From contig JALOQJ010000001.1 of the NCBI GenBank assembly GCA_025453445.1, positions 9,155 to 73,154 on the forward strand: a stretch of DNA of 64,000 nucleotides, written 5' to 3'. This document shows positions 43,234 to 52,878 of this stretch, piece by piece; position 1 is the first letter of the stretch; each line of letters begins with the position of its first letter. The DNA is from Candidatus Omnitrophota bacterium (GTDB lineage Bacteria; Omnitrophota; Gorgyraeia; Gygaellales; Profunditerraquicolaceae). The notes beneath the pieces are model-generated. The model was not told the origin of the DNA, did no database searches, and was given only the letters and a program-made list of their open reading frames with translations. Made by a program: the position numbers and the translations under genes.

Positions 43234-44088
43234 ATGGAAAGAAGAGCTCTTGGTAAGGGAATCAGCGCGTTAATACCTGCAACAGATGCTCCGGGTAAAG
43301 AAACTATTATGTTTTTAAAACTTAGCCAGGTCAGGCCAAATCCTTTTCAGCCAAGGGAAGACTTTGACAGTCAAAGTTTGGAAGAGTTGATTCAGTCTGT
43401 GAAAGAAAAAGGAGTGATACAGCCGATTTTAGTCAGGCGCACCGGAGATACTTATGAATTGATTGCCGGAGAAAGGCGCTTGCGCGCAGCCACTGCTTTG
43501 CAGCTAGAACAGATACCAGCTATTGTTAAAGATGTAGAAGATCAGGATTCTTTGGAATTGTCCTTAATCGAGAATATTCAAAGACAGGAATTAAATCCTA
43601 TTGAAGAAGCGCGCGCTTTTCAATTCCTGATTAATAAATTCAATTTAACTCAGGAGAGAGTGGCAGAGGTTTTGGGTAAGGCACGGGTTACAGTTACCAA
43701 CACATTGCGGCTATTGAAGTTACCGCAAGAAGTGCAGGAGGATATCCGTAAAAACCGGATTTCATTTGCGCATGGTAAAACCCTGCTGGAAATAGAAGAC
43801 CCTAATCAACAGCGCAGGTTGGCCCATGAAATAATTGCCAAAGGTTTATCCGTGCGCGAATTGGAGAGCCTGGTAAAAATGCACCGGCCTAAAATATCCA
43901 AACAGAAAATGCGCACAGCTAACCGTGAGCCATTTATCGCTGTTTTAGAAGAAGAGCTACAACATGCCTTGGCAACGAAAGTAAGGATCAGTAAAAATAA
44001 AAAACGCGGGCACATTACCATTGACTTTTATTCACAGGAGGATCTGCAAAGAATTGCTCATAAAATCAGAGGAGGAAATACTACATGA
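43234..44088 (+). CDS. parB: Chromosome partitioning protein Spo0J/ParB
   Basis: ALGKG, PNPFQPR, IAGERRLRA, ENIQR..LNPIEEA. Confidence 0.96.
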   Translation: MERRALGKGISALIPATDAPGKETIMFLKLSQVRPNPFQPREDFDSQSLEELIQSVKEKGVIQPILVRRTGDTYELIAGERRLRAATALQLEQIPAIVKDVEDQDSLELSLIENIQRQELNPIEEARAFQFLINKFNLTQERVAEVLGKARVTVTNTLRLLKLPQEVQEDIRKNRISFAHGKTLLEIEDPNQQRRLAHEIIAKGLSVRELESLVKMHRPKISKQKMRTANREPFIAVLEEELQHALATKVRISKNKKRGHITIDFYSQEDLQRIAHKIRGGNTT

Positions 44089-44588
44089 ATCAGGCAACTT
44101 TAATTTTGGTTAAGCCCGACGGGTTGAAAAAATCCCTTACCGGAAATATTCTTACACGGCTTTCCGAGACAAAATTGGAAATTGTGGCATCGAAAATGTC
44201 CCGGGTTTCCAAGCAGCTGGCAGAGGAACATTATAAGCATCTGAAAGATAAGCCGTTTTTCAAGGAGTTAATTCAATATCTGCAGGGTGAACTGCATGAT
44301 CGGCGCAAAGTAATGGCATTGGTTTATTACGGAGAGGATGCGATTACCAAATGCCGCCAGCTCGCCGGTGCTACGAATCCGGAAGAAGCAGAATCAACAT
44401 CAATCCGCGGCTCATACGGCAGGATTACTACAGCAGGGGTTTATGAAAATGTAATTCATGTTTCTTCTAATCCGTCGGAAGCGGAACGGGAAATAAAACT
44501 TTGGTTTAAGCCTGAAGAGATTATTGTTGATTTATATCCAGCCAAAGACGTTATTGAAGAAAAGAGAAAAACCAAGGGCTGGATTTAA
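44085..44588 (+). CDS. ndk: Nucleoside diphosphate kinase
   Basis: TLILVKPDG, GATNP, SIRG, NVIHVS. Confidence 0.93.
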   Translation: MNQATLILVKPDGLKKSLTGNILTRLSETKLEIVASKMSRVSKQLAEEHYKHLKDKPFFKELIQYLQGELHDRRKVMALVYYGEDAITKCRQLAGATNPEEAESTSIRGSYGRITTAGVYENVIHVSSNPSEAEREIKLWFKPEEIIVDLYPAKDVIEEKRKTKGWI

Positions 44589-44607
44589 GAAAGAAGGGGA
44601 GAACATA

Positions 44608-45435
44608 ATGGTTGTGAGTATGACAGGATTTGGAGGAGGCGAAATCAAGAGCAGCCCCTTCGGCAAAATCAACGTAGAATTAAGGAGCACTAACCATAAG
44701 TTTTTAGAAATTGTCCTGCATTTGCCCGAGGGTTTTTTGCCTTTGGAAGAGCGGATTAAAAAAGCTATCGAAGCGCGGTTAAGAAGAGGCAGGGTAACTT
44801 GCGTGGTAAATATCAGTGCAGCCCCGGCAAGCGATATTTGTATCAATCAGAGTTTATTGCAAAAATACGCCGTAGTTTTAAAGGCAATAGAAAAACAATT
44901 CCGTTTAAAAAACGACCTGACTGCAGAAGCTTTAATCCGGCTGCCGGGCGTTTTGTCTTTGGAGGATAAAGGCGTTAATAAGGCTGCTGCCTGGTTAAAA
45001 TTAGAGGCACTTCTGGCCCGCGCGTTGAATGATTTAGTCCAGATGCGCCGGAAAGAAGGCCGTGCCTTGGCAGGGTTCTTAAAAAAAGGCGCCCTGAAAA
45101 TTCAATCGGAATTGGAAGCAGTACATGCTCGTTTTCAAAAAGCTGTGAAGAATAAAGTCAGCAGGCTTGCTTCCGACGAGGAACGCGCCAATTTTTTAAA
45201 AGATGCGGATATCGCAGAGGAGCTCGACCGTTTAAGTTTTCATATTAAAAATTTTCTGCAGAAGCTTACTAAAGACTGCGCCGTGGGCAAAGAACTGGAT
45301 TTTATTGCCCAGGAAATGCAGCGGGAAGCAAATACCATGGGCGCTAAATCTTTTGACGCGGAAATTTCCGGTATGGCAGTGCAGTTGAAAAGTCAAATTG
45401 AGAAACTCAGGGAACAGGTGCAGAATATAGAGTGA
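44608..45435 (+). CDS. yicC: YicC/YloC-family endoribonuclease
   Basis: SMTGFG, S.NH..L, DIAEELDRL, GKELDF..QEM.REANT, REQVQNIE. Confidence 0.93.
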   Translation: MVVSMTGFGGGEIKSSPFGKINVELRSTNHKFLEIVLHLPEGFLPLEERIKKAIEARLRRGRVTCVVNISAAPASDICINQSLLQKYAVVLKAIEKQFRLKNDLTAEALIRLPGVLSLEDKGVNKAAAWLKLEALLARALNDLVQMRRKEGRALAGFLKKGALKIQSELEAVHARFQKAVKNKVSRLASDEERANFLKDADIAEELDRLSFHIKNFLQKLTKDCAVGKELDFIAQEMQREANTMGAKSFDAEISGMAVQLKSQIEKLREQVQNIE

Positions 45436-46013
45436 AGAAAAAAGGAACAGTATTTGTAATCTCCGGGCCTTCCGGTTCGGGCAAAACCACATTATTAAAA
45501 AATGTCCTGCGGGATAAAGTTTTGCGCAGGAAACTGGCACATTCGGTTTCTCTGACTACCCGGCCGAAAAGATCTTGTGAAAGAAATAAAAAAGATTATT
45601 TTTTCGTCAGTGAAAAGGAGTTTAAGGCGCAGCTGAAGCAGAAAAAAATCCTTGAATGGACCAGGTATTTAGGGTATTATTACGCCACGCCAAAAGGGCC
45701 TGTTGATGAACAGCTCCGAGGCGGAAAAAGTATTGTTTTGTGCCTTGATTTAAAAGGCGCCCGTCGGATCAGGCAGCTTTATCCGAGAAATAACCTGACG
45801 ATTTTTGTTAAGCCTCCGACGCTGCGAGTGCTGACGCAAAGGATTCAAAACCGCTGCCATAAAACCAAAGCCCTGGAAATTACTGAGCGGGTAAAACTGG
45901 CCAGGCAGGAAATGTTGGCGGCGCGCCATTACGATTATTGCCTGATTAATCAGGATCTGGAATGCGTTACCCGGGAATTAAAAGATATAATATTAGCAAA
46001 CCTGAAAGTTTAA
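45432..46013 (+). CDS. gmk: Guanylate kinase
   Basis: SGPSGSGKTT, SLTTRPKR, DYFFVS. Confidence 0.93.
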   Translation: MKKKGTVFVISGPSGSGKTTLLKNVLRDKVLRRKLAHSVSLTTRPKRSCERNKKDYFFVSEKEFKAQLKQKKILEWTRYLGYYYATPKGPVDEQLRGGKSIVLCLDLKGARRIRQLYPRNNLTIFVKPPTLRVLTQRIQNRCHKTKALEITERVKLARQEMLAARHYDYCLINQDLECVTRELKDIILANLKV

Positions 46014-46031
46014 AAAGAAGGAAGGTATAAT

Positions 46032-46238
46032 ATGGAATATGTTGCCTTGGAGAATCTTATAGATAAGACCAATTATTCAATTTATAAATTAGTAATTTTG
46101 GCGGCAAAACGGGCTTTGGAAATTGCTGAGGGCCAGCCCAAGCTCGTCGCTGTCAGCGCCTCGTTAAAGCCTTCTACGATTGCCCTGTTTGAGATTGCCG
46201 CCGGCTGCATACAATACAAAAAATCCAAGGTTGATTAA
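46032..46238 (+). CDS. rpoZ: RNA polymerase omega subunit
   Basis: SIYKLVILAAKRA, KP..IAL.EI; gmk-rpoZ-coaBC synteny. Confidence 0.9.
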   Translation: MEYVALENLIDKTNYSIYKLVILAAKRALEIAEGQPKLVAVSASLKPSTIALFEIAAGCIQYKKSKVD

Positions 46239-46777
46239 TGGCAAGAGAAAAAAATGTTTTGTTAGGCGTGACAGCGAGCATTGCTATATATAAAGCCTGC
46301 GACATAGTGCGTAAACTACGTGCGGAATCTTTGCAGGTTACAGTAGCAATGACCAAAGAAGCAGAGGAGCTGATCCGGCCGATAGTTTTTCAAAGTTTAA
46401 GCGGTAATAAAGTTTACCGGGGTTTATTTCAGGAACCGGAAGCGTGGGAAATAGAGCATATTGCTTTGGCAGAGAAAGCGGATTTAGTTTTGATTGCGCC
46501 GGCAACAGCAAATATTATCGCTAAATTTGCCAATGGAATTTGCGATGATTTATTAACTTGTGTAGTTGCAGCAATTAAAGCGCCGGTCGTAATTGCTCCG
46601 GCGATGAATACCAACATGTACCAGAATAAAATTGTCCAGGCAAATATCAAGAAATTACAGAATAATGGTTATAAATTTGTCGGGCCAAGAGAAGGTAAAC
46701 TTGCCTGTGGCAAAGAAGGCGTTGGTTGCTTGGCTAGCGTAGAAGAAATTGTAAAAGAAGTTAGAAAGATTCTTTGA
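46238..46777 (+). CDS. coaC: Phosphopantothenoylcysteine decarboxylase (CoaC domain only)
   Basis: GVTASIAIYK, APATAN, APAMNTNM, LACG..G.G; ends without a CoaB domain. Confidence 0.88.
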   Translation: MAREKNVLLGVTASIAIYKACDIVRKLRAESLQVTVAMTKEAEELIRPIVFQSLSGNKVYRGLFQEPEAWEIEHIALAEKADLVLIAPATANIIAKFANGICDDLLTCVVAAIKAPVVIAPAMNTNMYQNKIVQANIKKLQNNGYKFVGPREGKLACGKEGVGCLASVEEIVKEVRKIL

Positions 46778-46792
46778 AATAGAACTTAGTGC

Positions 46793-46864
46793 GGCGCGGT
46801 AGCCAAGAGGTAAGGCGACTGTCTGCAAAACAGTTATTCAGCGGTTCGATTCCGCTCCGCGCCT
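46793..46864 (+). tRNA. tRNA-Cys(GCA)
   Basis: GGCGCGG...ACTGT CTGCAAA ACAGT...CCGCGCC T. Confidence 0.95.
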
Positions 46865-46946
46865 CTGAATTTCCTTGCTATTACAAAGCGAGGGAATCCA
46901 TCTCGAGCGCCGTCTATTTTAAGGGTTCGCGAGGGACAAATAATAT

Positions 46947-47615
46947 ATGCCCGCTAAAAGAAAAGAATTAAAAATCGAAGGTGCGAATCTCTGGTACTTG
47001 GTGGGGTTAATTACTAGCGACGGGTGTTTGTCCGGAGACGGCAGACATATTGATATTACTTCAAAGGACTATGAATTTCTGAGCAGATTAAAAGATACAT
47101 TAGGTTTTACGAATAAAATTGGCACTAAAAATAACGACAGGGTTAACCAGGCATATTATTTACAATTTTCGAATAAGAATTTTTATGAATTTTTAGTATC
47201 AATAGGTTTAACACCAAATAAATCCTTAAGCTTAAGTAGTCTTAATATCGCCAAAGAGCTTTTTGGTGATTTTTTTAGGGGCTTGATTGATGGCGATGGA
47301 TCTATTCGCCGGTGGGTGCACCCCTCCAATAATAATGAACAGTGGAGCTTAAGAATTTATTCGGGCTCCGAAAAATTTATTAATTGGTTAAATATAGCAG
47401 CAGAACAATTATTAAAAGTTCGTGGCAAAGTGCATAAAAATGCGAATAATACGTGGGTATTGAAATACGGCAAAATGGCCGCGAAACAGATTGCAGAACA
47501 ATGTTATTATAAAGACTGTTTCGGTTTAGACAGAAAAATAAAATTAGCCCAAGAATGCATTCATTCATACGCGGGCTGGAGTAAAAGTAAGACAATTAGT
47601 CCGTTTTGCTCCTAG
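46947..47615 (+). CDS. Free-standing double-motif LAGLIDADG endonuclease-like protein
   Basis: YLVGLITSDGC and FFRGLIDGDGS motifs. Confidence 0.88.
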   Translation: MPAKRKELKIEGANLWYLVGLITSDGCLSGDGRHIDITSKDYEFLSRLKDTLGFTNKIGTKNNDRVNQAYYLQFSNKNFYEFLVSIGLTPNKSLSLSSLNIAKELFGDFFRGLIDGDGSIRRWVHPSNNNEQWSLRIYSGSEKFINWLNIAAEQLLKVRGKVHKNANNTWVLKYGKMAAKQIAEQCYYKDCFGLDRKIKLAQECIHSYAGWSKSKTISPFCS

Positions 47616-47622
47616 AAAATTT

Positions 47623-47705
47623 GGGCAGGTGTCGGAATGGCAGACGATGGGGACTTAAAATCCCCCGCTCGTAAGAGCGTGAGGGTTCAACTCCCTCCCT
47701 GCCCA
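47623..47705 (+). tRNA. tRNA-Leu(TAA)
   Basis: GGGCAGG...GGGGA CTTAAAA TCCCC, long variable arm, CCTGCCC A. Confidence 0.95.
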
Positions 47706-47871
47706 TGAGTATTTTTTGAAAATATGGCAGTGAGTGAGCGTTAACGACCCGACAAGGGCCGTAGCGAGCGCAGTGCCTTGGTTGGTTTTGACAGAAGATT
47801 ACTCCCTCACAGCTTGATAGGAAAATTGAGTTCGGGATCAATTTTCAGAAGGTTAATAGCGGGAAAATTGA

Positions 47872-47925
47872 GGGCTCATAGCTCAGTTTCCGCCGTAGGC
47901 GGGTTCGCCTGCAGCTGGAATAGAT
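47872..47925 (+). pseudogene. tRNA 5' relic interrupted by a small palindromic repeat
   Basis: GGGCTCATAGCTCAGTT followed by TCCGCCGTAGGCGGGTTCGCCTGCAGCTGG; no T-arm follows. Confidence 0.5.
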
Positions 47926-47933
47926 GAATTATA

Positions 47934-48010
47934 GGGCGGTTAGCGCAGTTGGTTAGCGTACCACATTGACATTGTGGTGGTCACTGGTTCGAGTCCAGTA
48001 CCGCCCACCA
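47934..48010 (+). tRNA. tRNA-Val(GAC)
   Basis: GGGCGGT...CCACA TTGACAT TGTGG...ACCGCCC ACCA. Confidence 0.95.
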
Positions 48011-48016
48011 GATAAT

Positions 48017-48616
48017 ATGTTAGAAAAACAGCTGTTACAAAAACTTTATTACACTGAAAAACTTTCTATGTTAGAAATAGCCAAAGTTTTATCTTTGACC
48101 CCGGCTACTGTCAAGTATTGGATGGATAGACATCAACTCAATCGCCGTTCTGGCAGCGACAGTGCTTATGTAAAACAGAATCCAGAAGGAGACCCTTTTG
48201 CAATTAAGGGCAGCTTAACAAATAGAGACAGAGAGTTATTTATATGTGCCTTAATGTTATATTGGGCAGAAGGTAGCAGAAAAAACAAACATGTTATTCA
48301 GATAGCAAATTTAGATCGAAGAATGCTTCTGCTGTTCACGAGGTTCTTAAAAACTATTTGTGGGGTCAGAGAAGAAAAAATTTGTCTTACCGTTCAGCTT
48401 TTTAGAAAATTCGACGTAAGTAAGACTAAAAATTATTGGTCGAGAGAACTGGGTATTACCAAACGCTTTATAAAGGTTAATATTCATACTGATATAAGAA
48501 GCAAACCAAACCAGCAATGGTCTCAATACGGGATTGCCCGCATAGAGGTACGTAACGTAAAATTGAAGCAGTGGCTCGATAGTGCATTAGAGAAATATTT
48601 AACCAAATGGCTTTAA
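48017..48616 (+). CDS. HTH plus single LAGLIDADG-like domain protein
   Basis: N-terminal LYY.EKLSM.EIA..L..TPATVKYW HTH; ALMLYWAEGS...IANLD motif; true start ATG 48017. Confidence 0.6.
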   Translation: MLEKQLLQKLYYTEKLSMLEIAKVLSLTPATVKYWMDRHQLNRRSGSDSAYVKQNPEGDPFAIKGSLTNRDRELFICALMLYWAEGSRKNKHVIQIANLDRRMLLLFTRFLKTICGVREEKICLTVQLFRKFDVSKTKNYWSRELGITKRFIKVNIHTDIRSKPNQQWSQYGIARIEVRNVKLKQWLDSALEKYLTKWL

Positions 48617-48617
48617 T

Positions 48618-50336
48618 ATGGACTTAAATATTTTAAGACATTCTTGTTCGCATGTGATGGCTAAAGCCGTAAAAGAGCTTTGGCCGGAGGCTAAATTAGG
48701 AATCGGCCCTTCGATTGAAGACGGTTTTTATTATGACTTTGATAAAAGCGAGCCGTTTTCCGACGATGATTTAGCTAATATCGAAAAGAAAATGCGCCAG
48801 ATCATTGCTAAAAATGAATCCTTCGTGCGCGAAGAATTAACTAAATCCGCTGCTATTAGTTTGTTTGAAAGCCTGAAAGAAGATTATAAAGTGGACCTGA
48901 TAAAAGCATTGCCCGATGATAAGGTATCTATTTATAAAACCGGCGATGATTTTATAGATCTCTGCCGCGGGCCGCACCTGAATTCTACAGGAGAGATTAA
49001 AGCTTTTAAATTATTATCGGTTGCCGGCGCTTACTGGCACGGGATAGAAACCAATCCTATGTTGCAGAGGATCTACGGCACCTGTTTTGAAACACAGAAA
49101 GAAATAGACGAGTATTTAAAAAATTTGGAAGAAGCAAAAAAGCGCGACCACAGAAAAATCGGGCCGCAATTAGGTATTTTTGATATCTATTATGAAGAAG
49201 CTGGTGCAGGCCTTGTGTTTTATCATCCTAAAGGTGCAATATTGCGCACGCTGATTGAAAATTACGAAAAAATGGAACATTACAAGCGCGGCTATCAGAT
49301 GGTGATTACTCCGCATATTATGCAGGCAGGGTTATGGCAGACTTCCGGGCATTACGATTATTATAAAGAAAATATGTATACTTTAAAAATCGAGGACCGG
49401 GAATTTGTTTTAAAGCCGATGAACTGCCCCGGGCACATTCTGATTTATAAATCTCAGACGAGAAGTTACAAAGATTTGCCTTTGCGCCTTTTTGAGCTGG
49501 GCACAGTTTATCGCCATGAAAAAGCCGGAGTCCTGCATGGCTTGTTGCGCGTGCGCGGATTTACCCAGGACGACGCGCACATATTTTGTTTGCCTGCGCA
49601 GTTGAAACCGGAGATTAAAGCAGTGATTGATTTTGTTTTTGATACAATGAAAACCTTTGGTTTTAATGAAGTCGGCATCGAGCTTAGTACGCGGCCGGAA
49701 AAATATATCGGCTCAGATGAAGACTGGATCAGGGCAACAGCTGCTTTGGAAGAATCCCTGAAAGAAAAAAGCTTAAGCTATGAGATTAATGAAGGAGACG
49801 GTGCTTTTTACGGCCCTAAGATTGATATCAAATTAAAAGATGCCCTGAAAAGGACATGGCAATGTGCAACCATCCAATGCGATTTTGCCCTGCCGAAAAG
49901 GTTTAATCTGGAGTATGTTGATAGCGACGGGCAGAATAAGCAGCCGATTATGCTGCATCGCGTGCTTTTAGGCAGCCTAGAGCGTTTTACCGGCGCATTG
50001 ATCGAACATTATGCCGGAGCGTTTCCGGTTTGGCTTGCTCCTGTGCAGGTTGTGATTATTCCGGTTAATGAATCTGTGGATGATTATGCCGGTGTTGTAA
50101 AAAAGAAGTTGGAAGATAAGTCTATTAGAGTTATGATGAGCAACGGCAGCGATACCTTAAATAAGCGCATCCGTAATGCCGAAGTCGAAAAAATTCCCTA
50201 TGCTTTGATTGTTGGCGAGCGCGAAGCCCAGGCAGGCGCAGTAGCAGTACGCAAAAGAAGCAAGGGTGATACAGGGACAATGGCGATAGATGATTTTATC
50301 AGGCAAATTACAGAAGAGATAGACAACAAACAATGA
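48618..50336 (+). CDS. thrS: Threonine-tRNA ligase
   Basis: LRHSCSH, DLCRGPH, KPMNCPGH, RVRGFTQDDAH, FYGPKID. Confidence 0.98.
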   Translation: MDLNILRHSCSHVMAKAVKELWPEAKLGIGPSIEDGFYYDFDKSEPFSDDDLANIEKKMRQIIAKNESFVREELTKSAAISLFESLKEDYKVDLIKALPDDKVSIYKTGDDFIDLCRGPHLNSTGEIKAFKLLSVAGAYWHGIETNPMLQRIYGTCFETQKEIDEYLKNLEEAKKRDHRKIGPQLGIFDIYYEEAGAGLVFYHPKGAILRTLIENYEKMEHYKRGYQMVITPHIMQAGLWQTSGHYDYYKENMYTLKIEDREFVLKPMNCPGHILIYKSQTRSYKDLPLRLFELGTVYRHEKAGVLHGLLRVRGFTQDDAHIFCLPAQLKPEIKAVIDFVFDTMKTFGFNEVGIELSTRPEKYIGSDEDWIRATAALEESLKEKSLSYEINEGDGAFYGPKIDIKLKDALKRTWQCATIQCDFALPKRFNLEYVDSDGQNKQPIMLHRVLLGSLERFTGALIEHYAGAFPVWLAPVQVVIIPVNESVDDYAGVVKKKLEDKSIRVMMSNGSDTLNKRIRNAEVEKIPYALIVGEREAQAGAVAVRKRSKGDTGTMAIDDFIRQITEEIDNKQ

Positions 50337-50343
50337 AAGGGGG

Positions 50344-50859
50344 GTGGTTAACATAAACAAGTTTATCCGTATTAACGATAAAATCCGCGTACCGCAGGTG
50401 CGCCTGATCGGTCCGGATGGTAATCAGTTGGGTATAATGGCGACCAGCCGCGCGTTGGAGCTGGCTAATCAACACGAATTAGACCTGGTAGAAGTGGCAG
50501 CAACTGCAAGCCCGCCGGTCTGCCGGATTATTGATTTTGCCAAGTTTAAATATGACCAGGAGAAAAAAGAGCGCGAGGCGAAAAAACACCAGAAGATGAC
50601 GCACTTAAAAGAAATCCGCGTTAAGCCTAATATCGATAACCATGATTACGAGACCAAGCTTAAGCAGGCAATTACGTTCTTAAAAAAAAGAGACAAGGTC
50701 AAAATTAATCTTTTCTTCCGCGGCAGGCAAATGGAGCATCTGGACTTAGGAAGAAAAATTTTAGATAAATTTATCGCCGATACTCAGAATGACGGACAAA
50801 TAGAAAGAGAACCTATATTGGAAGGCAGGGTTATTTCATTAGTTGTCGGTCCAAAATAA
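50344..50859 (+). CDS. infC: Translation initiation factor IF-3 (start may be ATA 50353)
   Basis: RINDKIR..VRLI, LDLVEVA, PPVCRI.D..KFKY. Confidence 0.96.
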   Translation: MVNINKFIRINDKIRVPQVRLIGPDGNQLGIMATSRALELANQHELDLVEVAATASPPVCRIIDFAKFKYDQEKKEREAKKHQKMTHLKEIRVKPNIDNHDYETKLKQAITFLKKRDKVKINLFFRGRQMEHLDLGRKILDKFIADTQNDGQIEREPILEGRVISLVVGPK

Positions 50860-50868
50860 GAGGAGAAA

Positions 50869-51069
50869 ATGCCAAAATTAAAAACTAAAAAAGGAGTGGC
50901 CAAAAGGTTTAAATTAAGCAAGAGAGGCAAGGTAAAATATTTTACCTGCGGCAATAAACACCTTGCATCAAGCAAAACAAGAAAGAAAAAACGGCACCTG
51001 AGGAAAAAGGGCCTAATTAGCGGTTCAAAAGAAATCAAATATCTCAAGAGAGTATTACCTTATGGTTAA
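50869..51069 (+). CDS. rpmI: 50S ribosomal protein L35
   Basis: MPKLKTKKG..KRF; infC-rpmI-rplT synteny. Confidence 0.95.
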   Translation: MPKLKTKKGVAKRFKLSKRGKVKYFTCGNKHLASSKTRKKKRHLRKKGLISGSKEIKYLKRVLPYG

Positions 51070-51083
51070 AAGGAGTTTAAGTC

Positions 51084-51434
51084 ATGGCTAAAATTAAACA
51101 CAGTGTAGCAACAAGGCGCAGAAAAAAAAGGCTTTTAAAAAAAGCAAAAGGCTTTTGGGGTGACCGCAGTAAGCAATTTCAGCAGGCGAAGAGGGCGCTG
51201 ATGCACGCGGAGGTTTATGCAACCCGCGACCGTAAAGTTAAAAAACGTGAGTTCCGCCATCTCTGGGTCGCGCGGATTAACGCAGCCTGCCGGTTAGAAG
51301 GCACTACTTACAGTAAGTTTATCAGCGGCCTGAAAAAAGCCAAGGTCAGCATTGATAGGAAAATGTTGGCTGATCTGGCAGTAAATGATGCTAAGGCGTT
51401 TGAGAAATTGGTAGATATAGCGCAAGCAAAATGA
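51084..51434 (+). CDS. rplT: 50S ribosomal protein L20
   Basis: [33 protein letters not shown]. Confidence 0.97.
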   Translation: MAKIKHSVATRRRKKRLLKKAKGFWGDRSKQFQQAKRALMHAEVYATRDRKVKKREFRHLWVARINAACRLEGTTYSKFISGLKKAKVSIDRKMLADLAVNDAKAFEKLVDIAQAK

Positions 51435-51436
51435 TA

Positions 51437-51545
51437 AATTCCAATATACAATACACAAATCACAAACAATACCAAAAGCACAACACCGAATTTCGTTTGT
51501 AATTTTGGTCATTTGGTATTGTAATTTGTTTGTAATTTGGAATTT
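51437..51545. repeat. Heptamer-built long imperfect hairpin
   Basis: CA-rich ~7-nt units (CACAAAT, TACCAAA) mirrored by TG-rich units (TTTGTAA, TTTGGTA); ends AAATTCCAA/TTGGAATTT. Confidence 0.75.
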
Positions 51546-51558
51546 AAGGGGAGTAAAT

Positions 51559-52203
51559 ATGTATGTGATCATAGTTGGATGCGGCAGAGTGGGGTCTGAA
51601 TTGGCCAAGCTTCTCTCCGGCGAAGGCCACAACGTAGTGGTTATTGACAAGAACCAGAATTCGTTTGACCGCCTTGGAGGGTCATTTAACGGTTTAACTA
51701 TCGTCGGCAATGGTTTTGATATGGCACTTTTAAAACAGGCCGGGGTGGAAAAAGCAGATGCTTTTTGCGCGGTCACAAATGGAGATAATACGAATTTAAT
51801 CTCTGCGCAGGTAGCCAAGAAAATTTTTAAGGTCCCCAAGGTTATTGCCCGGGTTTATGATCCGCACCGCGCGCATATCTACGCGGCTTTAGGCCTGGAT
51901 ATTTTAAGCGGAACAGTTCTTTTTGCTTCCATGATCAGGGATAAGATTATCGAAAGCCGTTTTTCCAGCTACCTGATTGAAACTAAGGATTTAGGTGTTT
52001 TGGAAATTGAAGTGAAGGACGGTTTGGCCGGTAAAGTTATTCAGGATGTCAATATCCCGCAGGAATTTTTGGTTGTGGCTATCCGCAGGCTGGAAGGGGT
52101 ACTTATCCCGGAACCCCAGACGGTTTTAAAACCCCAGGATATCCTGATGGGAGTAGTGAAAGTAGCGCACCTGGAGAAAATTAAAGAAAAATTTAATTTG
52201 TAA
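51559..52203 (+). CDS. trkA: Trk K+ uptake NAD-binding subunit
   Basis: GCGRVG Rossmann motif, RCK-N/RCK-C; GGGGAG RBS before ATG 51559. Confidence 0.92.
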   Translation: MYVIIVGCGRVGSELAKLLSGEGHNVVVIDKNQNSFDRLGGSFNGLTIVGNGFDMALLKQAGVEKADAFCAVTNGDNTNLISAQVAKKIFKVPKVIARVYDPHRAHIYAALGLDILSGTVLFASMIRDKIIESRFSSYLIETKDLGVLEIEVKDGLAGKVIQDVNIPQEFLVVAIRRLEGVLIPEPQTVLKPQDILMGVVKVAHLEKIKEKFNL

Positions 52204-52215
52204 AGAGAGGCCGGT

Positions 52216-52878
52216 ATGTATATCGTTATCGTGGGTGCGGGGAAAGTCGGTTATTTTTTAGCCAAGCGGCTTGCCAGCGGCAAGCACACGGTGAGCATCA
52301 TTGATAAAGACAGGGTAATTTGTGAAGAAATCGCCAAGCAAATAGAGGCCTTGGTAATTAACGGTGATGGTTGTGACCCTCACATTTTAGAAGAAGCCGG
52401 CCTGGCGCGCGCCGATGTAATTGCCGCGGTTACCGGCGAAGATGAAGATAACCTGATTATCTGCCAGCTGGCCAAAGAGAAATTCAATACCGGCCGCACT
52501 GTCGGCAGGGTAAATAATCCCGACAATGAACATGCTTTTTTTGAATTAGGCATTGATGTGCCGATTGATTCCACAAAAATTATCGCCAAGATTATCGAAG
52601 AAGAAGTATCTTTTTCGGATTTTGTCAATCTGATGAGTTTTAAACGCGGCAAGCTTGCTATTGTGCGCGTTGACCTGCCCAAAGATTCCCCGATTATCCA
52701 TAAACAAGTGCATGAAATCCAGCTCCCCCAAGATTCCGTACTGGTTTCTATCGTCCGTGGCGAAGAGGTTATTGTCCCCAAAGGCAATACCATGCTTAAG
52801 CCCGGAGATGATATTATTGCTTTAACTTTAGTTGGCAATGAGCCCCAGTTATTGAATTTATTGGTAGGGAAACTATGA
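52216..52878 (+). CDS. trkA: Second Trk NAD-binding subunit
   Basis: GAGKVG, GDG, VTGEDEDN, RCK-C. Confidence 0.92.
   Translation: MYIVIVGAGKVGYFLAKRLASGKHTVSIIDKDRVICEEIAKQIEALVINGDGCDPHILEEAGLARADVIAAVTGEDEDNLIICQLAKEKFNTGRTVGRVNNPDNEHAFFELGIDVPIDSTKIIAKIIEEEVSFSDFVNLMSFKRGKLAIVRVDLPKDSPIIHKQVHEIQLPQDSVLVSIVRGEEVIVPKGNTMLKPGDDIIALTLVGNEPQLLNLLVGKL

Noticed and set aside
46238-46777. coaC without coaB as a pseudogene
   Set aside because: The domain is complete with a clean stop, and split coaB/coaC is known
51437-51545. CRISPR array
   Set aside because: No identical repeats with unique spacers here or elsewhere in the window, and no cas genes
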